A stretch of DNA of 64,000 nucleotides from positions 32,001 through 96,000 of the forward strand of contig CAVTRY010000007.1 of the NCBI GenBank assembly GCA_963737265.1, given 5' to 3'. Source of the stretch: an uncultured delta proteobacterium. GTDB lineage: Bacteria; Myxococcota_A; Polyangia; Fen-1088. Shown here one piece after another: positions 9,362 to 18,544 of the stretch. A program made the position numbers and the translations under genes. The notes below the pieces were generated by a model, which did not search any database, was not told the origin of the DNA, and saw nothing but the letters and a program-made list of their open reading frames with translations. Every line of letters starts with the position of its first letter. Positions within the stretch are counted from its first letter, which is position 1.

Positions 9362-11389
9362 TCAATTGACGCCGTTCCAACGCGCGATCAACTTGGCGTT
9401 GAGCTCGTTGGAGTAACCTCGCTTGGCGAGGGCAAATGGGGGTTCGATGGCGACCACGCCGAAGTCATCATTTTGCAACAGGCGCGTGACGGTGGCGCGT
9501 TCGTCGACGATGAAATCGCCGGCCTCGCTGGGGAAGAATATGTATTGGGCGTCGAAAACGCCGAGAGTCATGTTGTAGGCGTCGGGACGGTTCGAAATAT
9601 AGGGAGTTGTGAATCCCGAGGCCGAAACCTTTGCTCGAGACGGTAGCTGGCGAACCAGTTTTTCGGCCGCCTTATGACGGGTCTTTGCCTGAGCGTCCAA
9701 CCCGAACACAAACTTGATGGGGCCGCCCCAGGAATTGTGCTGCTGAAATACCGCACCCCACTGGTAGCTCACCGGCAGCGTCAGGCAGAGCAAGGCGGCT
9801 AGGGCGGCCCACTGAGGCTTCAAGGTGGGACCGGACCGCCGAGGACCCGCTGCAGCGCGCGCGTTCAAACTCTCGATGCCGAGCGCCACGGCCGGAAAAA
9901 GGAAGGCAATCCAGTGGGCGCTGTACTGGAAATAGATGCTGACAAGCGGACCATACTGGGTCGAAAGAATGGTGAAGAAAAATCCCGGAATACACAGAAG
10001 CAGTCCAATCGGCCGCCGCAGCGGCAGGAAGGCGAGCGGCAACAGCATCTGCAGCATGTAGATGAGCTTGTTCGTCTCGGCCAAGGTGGACATGGTGAAC
10101 GCGGGATTGCCCAGCACCGTGAGCACGACGCTGCCAAAGCCCTTGCCGCCTGGCGGAATAAGGTCCTTGTAGATATCGGTAAAGCTTTCCCCGCCGCCAA
10201 CGTAGGGCATGGCGACGAATTTGAGGGTGAAACAACAGAGCGTGCCCACCACGGCAAGGAGCAGTCCAGCCTTAGGACGCCGCCCGGACAGCAGGAAGTA
10301 GGCGCCGAGAACAGCGACCCAGGTGGTGACGTCCTCGCGCACCGCCAGGGTCAGGAGCACGAACAGCGCTGCCCAGCCATCTCGGCGCGATTCGAGGAAG
10401 TACCAGGCCCACCACAGCATAAACGGCCCGAGGGGCAGAAAGTGGAATTCGAAAAGGTTCTCACCGTGAAGCGCGGGGTAGAGAAGATAGGACAGGGCGA
10501 GGATGCAGGCGGGCCAGGGGTCGATGTGCTTGCACGCCAGCTTGTAAAGGGGAATGGCCGCCGATCCAAGAAGCACGGCCTGGATGAGGAGGAGCGTCCC
10601 GGCGTTTGGGCGAAGGGCGTAGAAGGGTAAAATCGCATAACCGATGAACTCGGTGTGATTGCCAAAGTGGGATCGCCCCGGCCCAACCCACGGCGGTGCC
10701 TTGAAGAACGACCCGCCGTGCATCATGTTGCACACCAGGCTGTCGTAGATGCCGAGGTCGTAGCCGGATCGCAGGGAATAGTAGTAGCAATAGCTGTAGT
10801 AGCCGAAGTAGCAGACGTACGCGACGACGGCTGCCACGACCAGTGCAAAGGGCAGCGCGGGCAGCAGACGCGGGAGGCGGTGGTCGATGCCGGCACGGAG
10901 AGGCCGCAGACGGATGGCCAGCCGCTCTTCCCAGGCGAACGGCCCCGCGCGCATGGCGGACGTCACGGCGGTCCACGCGGCCACTCCGAACAGCGCGACC
11001 AGCGCGAGAAAAGGCAGGTCGTGTCCCCGCCATGCTTCCCAATGGAAAAGCAGGGCAAGAAATCCAACCAAGTAGGTGGGCGCCAATCTCCGGCTGGCGT
11101 GGGAAAGGCGACCCGGCACGCCTTCGTCAGCGTAGTTCGTCGCCAGGTACGCTGCGCCCACCACAACAGCCACGACTGCGCACCCGAGCATGCAGGCGAG
11201 GAGGATGTGCCGCGCGTGGCTTGGCAGTTGATTGCCTTCGAAGTAGCGAACGATCCACCCTGGCGACCCGGGCGTGACCGCGACACCCAGGGCGAAACCA
11301 AGCGAAACACCACCGGCGCCGAGCAGCCCAAGGGATCTCGCCGCCGATGCCAATACCGATGAGGATTCGTTGTGGCTGTTGTTCTTCAC
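9362..11389 (-). CDS. DUF2079-like polytopic membrane protein (putative GT-C glycosyltransferase)
   Basis: YDLGIYD, HFGNH, LLLIQA, FEFH, VRED, FQYSAH motifs; GTG start at 11389 just after the upstream stop. Confidence 0.8.
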   Translation of the reverse strand: MKNNSHNESSSVLASAARSLGLLGAGGVSLGFALGVAVTPGSPGWIVRYFEGNQLPSHARHILLACMLGCAVVAVVVGAAYLATNYADEGVPGRLSHASRRLAPTYLVGFLALLFHWEAWRGHDLPFLALVALFGVAAWTAVTSAMRAGPFAWEERLAIRLRPLRAGIDHRLPRLLPALPFALVVAAVVAYVCYFGYYSYCYYYSLRSGYDLGIYDSLVCNMMHGGSFFKAPPWVGPGRSHFGNHTEFIGYAILPFYALRPNAGTLLLIQAVLLGSAAIPLYKLACKHIDPWPACILALSYLLYPALHGENLFEFHFLPLGPFMLWWAWYFLESRRDGWAALFVLLTLAVREDVTTWVAVLGAYFLLSGRRPKAGLLLAVVGTLCCFTLKFVAMPYVGGGESFTDIYKDLIPPGGKGFGSVVLTVLGNPAFTMSTLAETNKLIYMLQMLLPLAFLPLRRPIGLLLCIPGFFFTILSTQYGPLVSIYFQYSAHWIAFLFPAVALGIESLNARAAAGPRRSGPTLKPQWAALAALLCLTLPVSYQWGAVFQQHNSWGGPIKFVFGLDAQAKTRHKAAEKLVRQLPSRAKVSASGFTTPYISNRPDAYNMTLGVFDAQYIFFPSEAGDFIVDERATVTRLLQNDDFGVVAIEPPFALAKRGYSNELNAKLIARWNGVN

Positions 11390-11391
11390 GG

Positions 11392-13470
11392 CTAGCGCCC
11401 CACGCGCGCAAGAGCGCCCCAGTTCAGATCCGTCGGATAGCCCCTCTTTGCCAGAATGAACTGTCCCCGTTCCGAAACCACGCCGAAGGTTCCCGGCGAG
11501 AGAACTTCGAGAACCTTGGCGCGCTCGTCGCCCCCGACGGGAACGCTGAAAAGCAGATAGTCGGCGTCCGCTATGCCCATGCGCAATGTGTACGAATAGG
11601 CACGGTTCGAGATCTGCGGCACGATGTTCTCCGACGACACGATCTTTGCTTTGGGCGGAACCAACGCGATCAGCGGATGCAGCTTCTGCCGCCGCTCCCA
11701 GTCCTCGGCATCGGTGCCGAAGTGGTAGGTTCCAAAACCGCCGCGCACGGCATGGTGTTGAATCAGCGCTCCCAGCTGGAAGCTGCTGACCAGCATGGCC
11801 AGCGCAATGGCCATCACCCAGGCACGCCTCCACGCCGTCCCCTCGCGCCCGCCGCGGGCCGCCTCCCGGCCGAGCCACGCGAGATTGACGATGACGCCAA
11901 TGAACAGATAGGCGGTCCAGTGCGCGGTGTACTGAAACGAGATTTGATAGAGCGGCCGGTAGCCGGTGGAAAGCAGCGTGAAGAGAAAGCCGGGAACACA
12001 GAAAAGCAGTCCGATGGCTCGACGGAGGGGAAAGAACGCCAAGGGCACGAAAATCTCGAGCAAATAGATAAGCTTGTCCCGCTCCAGCACGAGGCCGGAC
12101 GTGAAAGCGGGATTGCCAATCACGGTCTGAAGCACCCCGCCAAAGCCATGTCCTCCTTCCGGCACAAGCCCGGAATATTGATAGAGGAATGCTTCATGTC
12201 CGCCGGCCTGGATGGGCATGACGATCATTTTCATGACCAAGAAATAGACTGCGCCCGCTGCCCCAAGCAGCAGGCCGGCGCGCGGTCTGCGTCGGGTGAG
12301 CACGAGAAAGAGTCCAAAGATCACCAGTCCAAGCGAGATGTCCTCGCGCACCGAGAGGGTCAGGACGGCAAAGATGACCGCCCAAACATTCTTGCGGGCG
12401 AGGACGAAGTAGAGCGTGAACCAGAGAAAGAATGGAGCAAGCGGCGGATAGTGAAAATCGTAGAGATTCGATCCGTGCACCGGCGGGTAAAAAAGATACA
12501 AAATCGCAATCAAACACGAAAGCCAGGCGCCGAGGTACTGGCGCGCGACCAAATAGAGCGGGAGGGCGGCACCACCGATGAGGACGGCCTGTAGCACTAG
12601 AATTGTTTCCGCCCTCTGGTGGAGAGCGTAGATGGGCGCGATCAAATAACCCAAATAGGCGGCGTGCAGGCCAACCACGTTTCCGGTCGGACCTCCGAAG
12701 GGTGTCGACTTGAAGAGTGCGCCAGTGTGCAGCGCATGCCAAATGACGTTTTCCTCAAGACCCAGATCGAGGCTGGACGAAAGCACGTTCCAGTGGTGGA
12801 CCACGGTGTAGTACGAAAAAAAGGCCGCGTAGCCCGCGGCCGCCAGGCAGACCAGGGTGAAAGGGAGGAAGGTCGTGCTCGACCGACACAACTCCCGGGC
12901 GTCCTTGCAGGTCTGGTCGAGAAAGCCAGGCCTGCCAAACACAGGCTCCGTGGAGAACGCGACCCGCAGCAGGCGCTGGAAGCCGAACACCAGCAGCAAC
13001 GCAAGCAGGAGAAAAATCACCTCGCGCCCTCCCTGCCAAGACCGCCACTGAAACATGACGGGAACAAACGCGGCCAGGACCAGCGGCGAAAGGCGGAGAG
13101 AGAGGCGTTCGACAGACGCCGCACCGAGGAGATGGCGTCGGGCAAGCAGCGCGAGGGAAAGGAGGAGAACGATTCCTGTCCCCGCGAGGGCAGAGACGAC
13201 CGCGCTCAACCCGCGCGCGCGCGAGGGTCCATTCGAAGCGATGAAATCCGAGAGATGCTCTCCGATGCCAAGCTCCCAAAGGCAAAGTCCCAGCGAAAAT
13301 CCAACCAAGGCCAGCGCGCCGACCCCCGCACACGCGGCGGAAAGCCGCGGTCGTGCGGCTCCGCCAGGATCGGCAGCGCCGGCCTCCGCACGCTCGTCCC
13401 CCACCAAGGCGAACTCGAAAGGCGAGGCAATGGCAGGGGTTCCGCCCTCCTCGTCACCCGCCGCTATCAC
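11392..13470 (-). CDS. DUF2079-like polytopic membrane protein (putative GT-C glycosyltransferase)
   Basis: LDLG, GLH, LVLQA, YDFH, VRED, FQYTAH motifs; start overlaps the GT2 stop (GTGA). Confidence 0.8.
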   Translation of the reverse strand: MIAAGDEEGGTPAIASPFEFALVGDERAEAGAADPGGAARPRLSAACAGVGALALVGFSLGLCLWELGIGEHLSDFIASNGPSRARGLSAVVSALAGTGIVLLLSLALLARRHLLGAASVERLSLRLSPLVLAAFVPVMFQWRSWQGGREVIFLLLALLLVFGFQRLLRVAFSTEPVFGRPGFLDQTCKDARELCRSSTTFLPFTLVCLAAAGYAAFFSYYTVVHHWNVLSSSLDLGLEENVIWHALHTGALFKSTPFGGPTGNVVGLHAAYLGYLIAPIYALHQRAETILVLQAVLIGGAALPLYLVARQYLGAWLSCLIAILYLFYPPVHGSNLYDFHYPPLAPFFLWFTLYFVLARKNVWAVIFAVLTLSVREDISLGLVIFGLFLVLTRRRPRAGLLLGAAGAVYFLVMKMIVMPIQAGGHEAFLYQYSGLVPEGGHGFGGVLQTVIGNPAFTSGLVLERDKLIYLLEIFVPLAFFPLRRAIGLLFCVPGFLFTLLSTGYRPLYQISFQYTAHWTAYLFIGVIVNLAWLGREAARGGREGTAWRRAWVMAIALAMLVSSFQLGALIQHHAVRGGFGTYHFGTDAEDWERRQKLHPLIALVPPKAKIVSSENIVPQISNRAYSYTLRMGIADADYLLFSVPVGGDERAKVLEVLSPGTFGVVSERGQFILAKRGYPTDLNWGALARVGR

Positions 13471-14510
13471 GGCGCCTTCCCCCCGCGTGCCTGACCAGTC
13501 ATGGTCGACGGGCCGGAAGGCGGCATGGCCTGTCCCCGCGCCTCGGCGCTAGGCTCGACCTCGCCCCTCGCCGCGAAATTCACTTCCTTCGCCACGGCGT
13601 AAAGTGGCCGGCGCTGCACTTCCTCGTAAATGCGTCCGACGTAGGCGCCCAAAATCCCGATGACCAACAATTGCACCGAGGAGCCCAGCGCGACGAGGAT
13701 CATGATCGTGGTCCAGCCGGGCACGGCGCCCGCGGCGTGCAACTTGACCCAGAACGCCCACGCGCCGAGGCCCATCGCCAACAAGCCAGCAAGCGCCCCG
13801 AGCCACGTGGCTGCCCGCAGTGGCAAGGTCGAAAACGAGGCGATGCCGTCAAAGGCAAAGCCCATCATCTTGCTCAGCGGGTATTTGGTGACGCCAGCGA
13901 AGCGCTCGTGGCGCTCGTAGTGAACCGAGGACTGTCTAAAGCCGACCCATCCCACCAAACCGCGAATGAAACGGTGCCCTTCGCGCAAGGAGCGCAAGGT
14001 TAGGACGACCTGCCGACTCATCAGGCGAAAGTCGCCCGCGTCGAGTGTCACGTCGAAGCCCAGCATGGCGCGGAACACGCGATAGAAAATCGTGGCGCTG
14101 ATGCGCTTGAACCACGTCTCGCCCAGGCGACGTTTGCGAACGGCGTAGACGACATCGTAGCCCTCGCGCCAGCGGCCGATCATGTCGCGCACCACTTCGG
14201 GCGGATCCTGAAGATCCGCGTCCATCACCACGACCGATTCGCCCTCGGCCCGATCCATTCCGGCGGTGATCGCGATCTGGTGGCCGAAGTTGCGCGAGAA
14301 CGAGATCAGCTTGTAGCGTTGCTCTCGCTCGACCAGCTCTTGTAACAACCTGGCCGATGCGTCTCGCGAACCATCGTCGACGAAGATGACCTCCCAGGTT
14401 TCGCCGAGATGGTCCAGGAAAACCCGCAAGCGACGATCGAGCTCGGGAATCGTCTCTTCCTCGTTGAATACGGGAATGACGATCGACAGGGTGGGGCGCG
14501 CTTCTGTCAT
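13467..14510 (-). CDS. GT2 polyprenyl-phosphate glycosyltransferase (GtrB/ArnC-like)
   Basis: SIVIPVFNEE, VDDGSRD, FSRNFGHQ, MDADLQDPP, GDFRLMSR and two C-terminal TM helices. Confidence 0.92.
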   Translation of the reverse strand: MTEARPTLSIVIPVFNEEETIPELDRRLRVFLDHLGETWEVIFVDDGSRDASARLLQELVEREQRYKLISFSRNFGHQIAITAGMDRAEGESVVVMDADLQDPPEVVRDMIGRWREGYDVVYAVRKRRLGETWFKRISATIFYRVFRAMLGFDVTLDAGDFRLMSRQVVLTLRSLREGHRFIRGLVGWVGFRQSSVHYERHERFAGVTKYPLSKMMGFAFDGIASFSTLPLRAATWLGALAGLLAMGLGAWAFWVKLHAAGAVPGWTTIMILVALGSSVQLLVIGILGAYVGRIYEEVQRRPLYAVAKEVNFAARGEVEPSAEARGQAMPPSGPSTMTGQARGGKAP

Positions 14511-14605
14511 GCGGGGTGTGTTTATACCGCGAACACCGCGTTGAATGGGTCAAAGACCGTTCGGAATTCTACACCCCACTGCCCCAAATAGAACCGGCGC
14601 AGTTG

Positions 14606-14635
14606 TGTCAGGGCAACCCGCGGGTCGCCCCGACA
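14606..14635 (-). other. Strong stem-loop between rpsI and the GT2 operon
   Basis: Minus strand TGTCGGGGCGACC-CGCG-GGTTGCCCTGACA: 13-bp stem with two G-U pairs. Confidence 0.45.
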
Positions 14636-14683
14636 ATTCTCTCACGACGGCACCCGCCGCAGCCCGTCCCCGATGGACGGTAG

Positions 14684-14702
14684 AAAAAACGGCCAACCGT
14701 TT
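14684..14702 (-). terminator. Possible intrinsic terminator after rpsI
   Basis: Minus strand AAACGG-TTGG-CCGTTTTTT directly after the TAG; stem is short. Confidence 0.4.
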
Positions 14703-15101
14703 CTATCGCTTGGAGAACTGGAAGCGGGCGCGAGCGCCTCGCTGACCGTACTTCTTGCGCTCTTTGGCCCGCGCGTCGCGGGTCAGGTAGCCGGCCTTCT
14801 TGAGCGGAGGCCGCAGCTCGATGTTGAACTTGCACAAGGCGCGCGAGATTCCGTGCCTCAAGGCATCGGCCTGGCCCGAAAGACCGCCGCCCTTCACGCT
14901 GGCAAAAATGTCGAACGTGCCGGAGGTTTCGGTCAGCTCGAGCGCCTGGCGGAACACCATGCGTGAGGTTTCGCGACCGAAGTAGCCTTCCAAAGTCCGC
15001 TCGTTGATCTGGATCTTGCCGTTGCCGGGCTGAAGCCAGACGCGCGCCACCGCGTGCTTGCGGCGGCCAGTGGCGTAGAAACTTTTTTGCGTATCGATCA
15101 T
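14703..15101 (-). CDS. rpsI: 30S ribosomal protein S9
   Basis: [34 protein letters not shown]-terminus. Confidence 0.98.
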   Translation of the reverse strand: MIDTQKSFYATGRRKHAVARVWLQPGNGKIQINERTLEGYFGRETSRMVFRQALELTETSGTFDIFASVKGGGLSGQADALRHGISRALCKFNIELRPPLKKAGYLTRDARAKERKKYGQRGARARFQFSKR

Positions 15102-15117
15102 GCGGGGACTCCGAAAC

Positions 15118-15570
15118 TTACGACAGGGCCAGCGGTTTGGGTTGCTGGGCGGCGTGCGGGTGCTCGGTGCCCGCGTAAACCTTCAGCTTCTTGTAAATGC
15201 GGCGACCAAGCGGCCCCTTGGGCAGCATGCCCCAGACGGCGCGCTTGACGAGCTCGGTCGGATGACGCTCGACGAGCTGCTTGGCCGAGTATTCGGACAG
15301 ACCGCCCGGAAACAACGAGTGATGGCGATAGACCTTGTCGTCCCACTTCTTGCCGGTCAGGCGAACCTTCTCGGCATTGATGACGACGACGAAATCGCCG
15401 GCATCGGCGTGCGGGGTGAACATCGCTTTGTTCTTGCCACGCAGGACCGAAGCGATCTTGGTGGCCGCACGGCCAAGGGTCTTGCCCCCGACGTCGGCGA
15501 GGTACCAGGAGTGCTCGGAGAGCACCTTGGCGGAAATGGTCTTATGTTGGCGCAACGCTACTGAGGACAC
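15118..15570 (-). CDS. rplM: 50S ribosomal protein L13
   Basis: [44 protein letters not shown]. Confidence 0.98.
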   Translation of the reverse strand: MSSVALRQHKTISAKVLSEHSWYLADVGGKTLGRAATKIASVLRGKNKAMFTPHADAGDFVVVINAEKVRLTGKKWDDKVYRHHSLFPGGLSEYSAKQLVERHPTELVKRAVWGMLPKGPLGRRIYKKLKVYAGTEHPHAAQQPKPLALS

Positions 15571-15727
15571 GGGTCGCTCCTAATACTTCACGAGATGATG
15601 AATGTCAACCCCACCTGGCAAGTTGCCCCACTTGCCGAAAGTTCTACAGCAGAAATGGGCGACGCGACAAGTCGAGCTGCGTGAACCGAGGAAGATACTA
15701 CGAACCGCGCATATGCTCCAGAACGGA

Positions 15728-16459
15728 TTAACAAATCTCGATCTCGAGCTCGGCGAGTTGGCGCCGGATCTGCGCAGCCCAGCCGCGGTTCGCGAGCGGG
15801 CTGGCCGGACTCGGATGAAGGATGGAGCCAATCGCAACGTCGACTCGGTTTAGGGCACACCGCGCGCGCAGGGTCGCGAAAGCACCCACTCCGACGACGT
15901 GGCGCGGGCGGAGGATAGCGACGGTCTGGCATAGGGCTTCGTCGCACGCGGCGAAAAGAGCGCCCTGTGCGCGCGCCGGAAGCTTGTCCGGCGTCAAGTT
16001 GCGCGCCGAGGAATCCATGAATGCCAGAGGGCAGTAGTTGGAGACGAAAAAACGCGAAAAGAACCCAGCGGCCGTGGCAAAGTCGTCGCGCGCCCAGCCC
16101 CAAAGGCGCGTGCCGCTCACTTCGCCGCGCGGACACGCCATGCCCTGCACCGGGCGCTTGGGATGCTCAAGTGACGGCTTGCCCACTTGGCCGCCGAGAC
16201 CCAGGAAATCCCTGACCATGGTCACGTCGCCAAAAGGGATCCCTGTCTGCGCCATACCGAATGGCCCCGGATTCATTCCCAGCAGCAGCACTTCCTTCGG
16301 ACCTTGGCCGTAGCCGAGAAGATACGCCTCGTGCAATCCGCGCGCGTAGTCGAGCGGATTGTAGACATACGCGACCGGAGGGTCGAAGCGGAGCCTGCCG
16401 ACCTGGTCAGACAAGGTGCGACTGACGGAGACGAGCGAGCTCTTCCTAGACCGGTTCAT
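15728..16459 (-). CDS. SMUG1-type (family 3) uracil-DNA glycosylase
   Basis: YVYNPLDYA, GMNPGPFGMAQTGIPFG, EVSG.RLWG, NYCPL, HPSPASP. Confidence 0.92.
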   Translation of the reverse strand: MNRSRKSSLVSVSRTLSDQVGRLRFDPPVAYVYNPLDYARGLHEAYLLGYGQGPKEVLLLGMNPGPFGMAQTGIPFGDVTMVRDFLGLGGQVGKPSLEHPKRPVQGMACPRGEVSGTRLWGWARDDFATAAGFFSRFFVSNYCPLAFMDSSARNLTPDKLPARAQGALFAACDEALCQTVAILRPRHVVGVGAFATLRARCALNRVDVAIGSILHPSPASPLANRGWAAQIRRQLAELEIEIC

Positions 16460-16586
16460 GCAAGCCCCTCTTTCCGCGACTCGCCAGCCAATCAAACACG
16501 AGACGTGTCAACGACCGGCATTCTTGGGGCATCCCCTTCTCCCCTCTTCCATCGGCCGACGTCGTGTGGTTAATATCCTGTTCGAC

Positions 16587-16937
16587 ATGACGCATTCCAC
16601 TCTTCGAGATCGTCTGGTTTGCCTTGGGGTCATCGCGACGCTCTTCTTTGGAGTCGTGGCGCCGGCCTGGGCACAGGAAGAAACCGAATCGGACTACAAG
16701 GATCCGAGCATCGTCACGGATGACAGCACATCCACGCCCGATGGTGTGAAAGATCTGAACAAGAAGCCCGACAAGAAACCGATCGACGATCCCGTCTACG
16801 CCAAGTGGTGGTTCTGGACCGCCGCGATTGTCGTGGCCGGCGCCTTGGTCACGGCTGCCGTCCTTCCCCTGCAAAAGAAGGCAGCGACGTGCACTGCGTC
16901 CGGCTATCCTCTTGGTTGTGTCGGAGACGGGAGGTAG
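16587..16937 (+). CDS. Small exported/membrane hypothetical protein
   Basis: Signal peptide ending AWA-Q; C-terminal PVYAKWWFW + TM helix motif common in myxobacterial proteins. Confidence 0.7.
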   Translation: MTHSTLRDRLVCLGVIATLFFGVVAPAWAQEETESDYKDPSIVTDDSTSTPDGVKDLNKKPDKKPIDDPVYAKWWFWTAAIVVAGALVTAAVLPLQKKAATCTASGYPLGCVGDGR

Positions 16938-16939
16938 TC

Positions 16940-17401
16940 ATGCGTCTTTCGACACGATTCTCGCGAACCCTTTTTGCCGTGGGAATGCTGGCGGGCGCAG
17001 CCGTTGGAGTTGGCGGCTGTAGCCAAGACTACGCACTCTTCAATGTCCACATTCAATTCAAGACGGCCAGCCAAGCGCAAGCTCCCGCGCTTCCTCAGAC
17101 GGAGCTCGAAGCCATCGCGAACTGCGAGTTGTCGATCGCGGACGAAACAGGCAATGACGTCTTGAAGGGATTCCCGCTATCAGGGAATACCGTCAACGGT
17201 AGCGGTTGCGGCGCATCGGGGGCCACGCACAGCGACATCGGCCATTTCAGCTACAGCACTTCACGCACGGCTGGAACGCTGACGTTCACGGTCGTTGCCC
17301 AAGATATCAACCAGACCCAAACCCTAGCGACTGGAACCGCCACGGGCCAGGTCAAGGCGTATCCGCCCGAAGTTCCGGTCGAAATCTACGCCGCGCCATA
17401 G
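16940..17401 (+). CDS. Hypothetical lipoprotein
   Basis: GGGAGG RBS; signal ending VGGC; starts 2 nt after the previous stop. Confidence 0.7.
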   Translation: MRLSTRFSRTLFAVGMLAGAAVGVGGCSQDYALFNVHIQFKTASQAQAPALPQTELEAIANCELSIADETGNDVLKGFPLSGNTVNGSGCGASGATHSDIGHFSYSTSRTAGTLTFTVVAQDINQTQTLATGTATGQVKAYPPEVPVEIYAAP

Positions 17402-17580
17402 ACTCCCGCCCGCCCTTGTCTGCCGTTTGGCGCGGATGTCCCCATCGATGGGCGCGACTGGAGCGCGTCGATCGTCACAGCGTCGCATGTCATGGATTGC
17501 AGTGTTATCCTGAATCGTTCGGGCTGCGCGCAGACCGAACGAATCAGGATCAGCATGGCTCCATTCACGAAAGGTTCTCC

Positions 17581-18522
17581 ATGACGGCAGTTGGAGGCAA
17601 GGGCAAGATTTCCGAGACCATTCTCGAGGAGCTTTGGTTCGGCGAGGACGATGTCCTCGCCACCACCGCCCAGGCCGCCGCGAGCTTCGCCGCCATCATG
17701 GCCGACCTCGAAGGACTGCGGCCGTTCTCGCAGGTGGCGCGCCACGTGCTCGAGTACGTCGCCAACCCGAATTTCGACGTCGGCCGCTTGCAGGAGATCA
17801 TGGAGCAAGACCCGGCGCTGGCGACCAAGATTCTTCGCCTGGCCAACTCGGCGGCCTTCCGCCCGCGCGAGCCCTGCGGATCGATCAAGCAAGCCATCAT
17901 GGTGCTGGGCTCGCGCACGCTGAGCGAGGTCGCGACCTCGCTGTCGATGATGGCGACCTTTTCGGACTTGCGCGGGATCGGCCGCACCGTTCGGGATCAC
18001 TGCGCGTCGACGGCCGCTCTCGTGCGCACCCTGGCGCTTCAGCAGGCCAACGCCGGCGCTGGCAGCTACATCGTGGGCCTCTTGCACGATTTCGGAAAGC
18101 TACTGCTCATCCAGGCCGAGCCGGCGACCTACCTCAGAATCCACGGCAACGAGATGGCCGACTTCGACACGATCCATCTGCGCGAGCGCGAGGTGCTCGG
18201 CTATGACCACGCGGTTTTGGGTGGGCACATCCTGCGAAAGTGGGGACTGCCAGAACCGATTCCCAAGGTCGTCGCCTGGCATCATCAGCCGACGCGCGCG
18301 TTCGCGGCGGGCGGAGAGATCGCGCTTCACGTGGCGTTGGTCCGCATGGCGGAAAACATCGATCGCGTGTTGCGCCTGGACTCGCTGCCCACGCCGCAAG
18401 AAACCGAGCACATCGTGGCGACCCCCGAATGCGAATACCTCGGATTTAGAGCGCGCGATCTCGCCGGAATTTGGGACGAGCTGCGCGCCGTGAAGCAGGA
18501 GGCGCTGCTCATCTTTAGATAG
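17581..18522 (+). CDS. HDOD domain signal transduction protein
   Basis: DPALATKILRLANSAAF, SIKQAIMVLG, GLLHDFGKL, DHAVLG...WGLP, AWHH. Confidence 0.9.
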   Translation: MTAVGGKGKISETILEELWFGEDDVLATTAQAAASFAAIMADLEGLRPFSQVARHVLEYVANPNFDVGRLQEIMEQDPALATKILRLANSAAFRPREPCGSIKQAIMVLGSRTLSEVATSLSMMATFSDLRGIGRTVRDHCASTAALVRTLALQQANAGAGSYIVGLLHDFGKLLLIQAEPATYLRIHGNEMADFDTIHLREREVLGYDHAVLGGHILRKWGLPEPIPKVVAWHHQPTRAFAAGGEIALHVALVRMAENIDRVLRLDSLPTPQETEHIVATPECEYLGFRARDLAGIWDELRAVKQEALLIFR

Positions 18523-18544
18523 ATAGGGCTTGCGATAACCCTTG

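Noticed and set aside
15728-16459. SMUG1 as a eukaryote-derived gene
   Set aside because: Family 3 UDGs are already known in bacteria, and base composition matches the host
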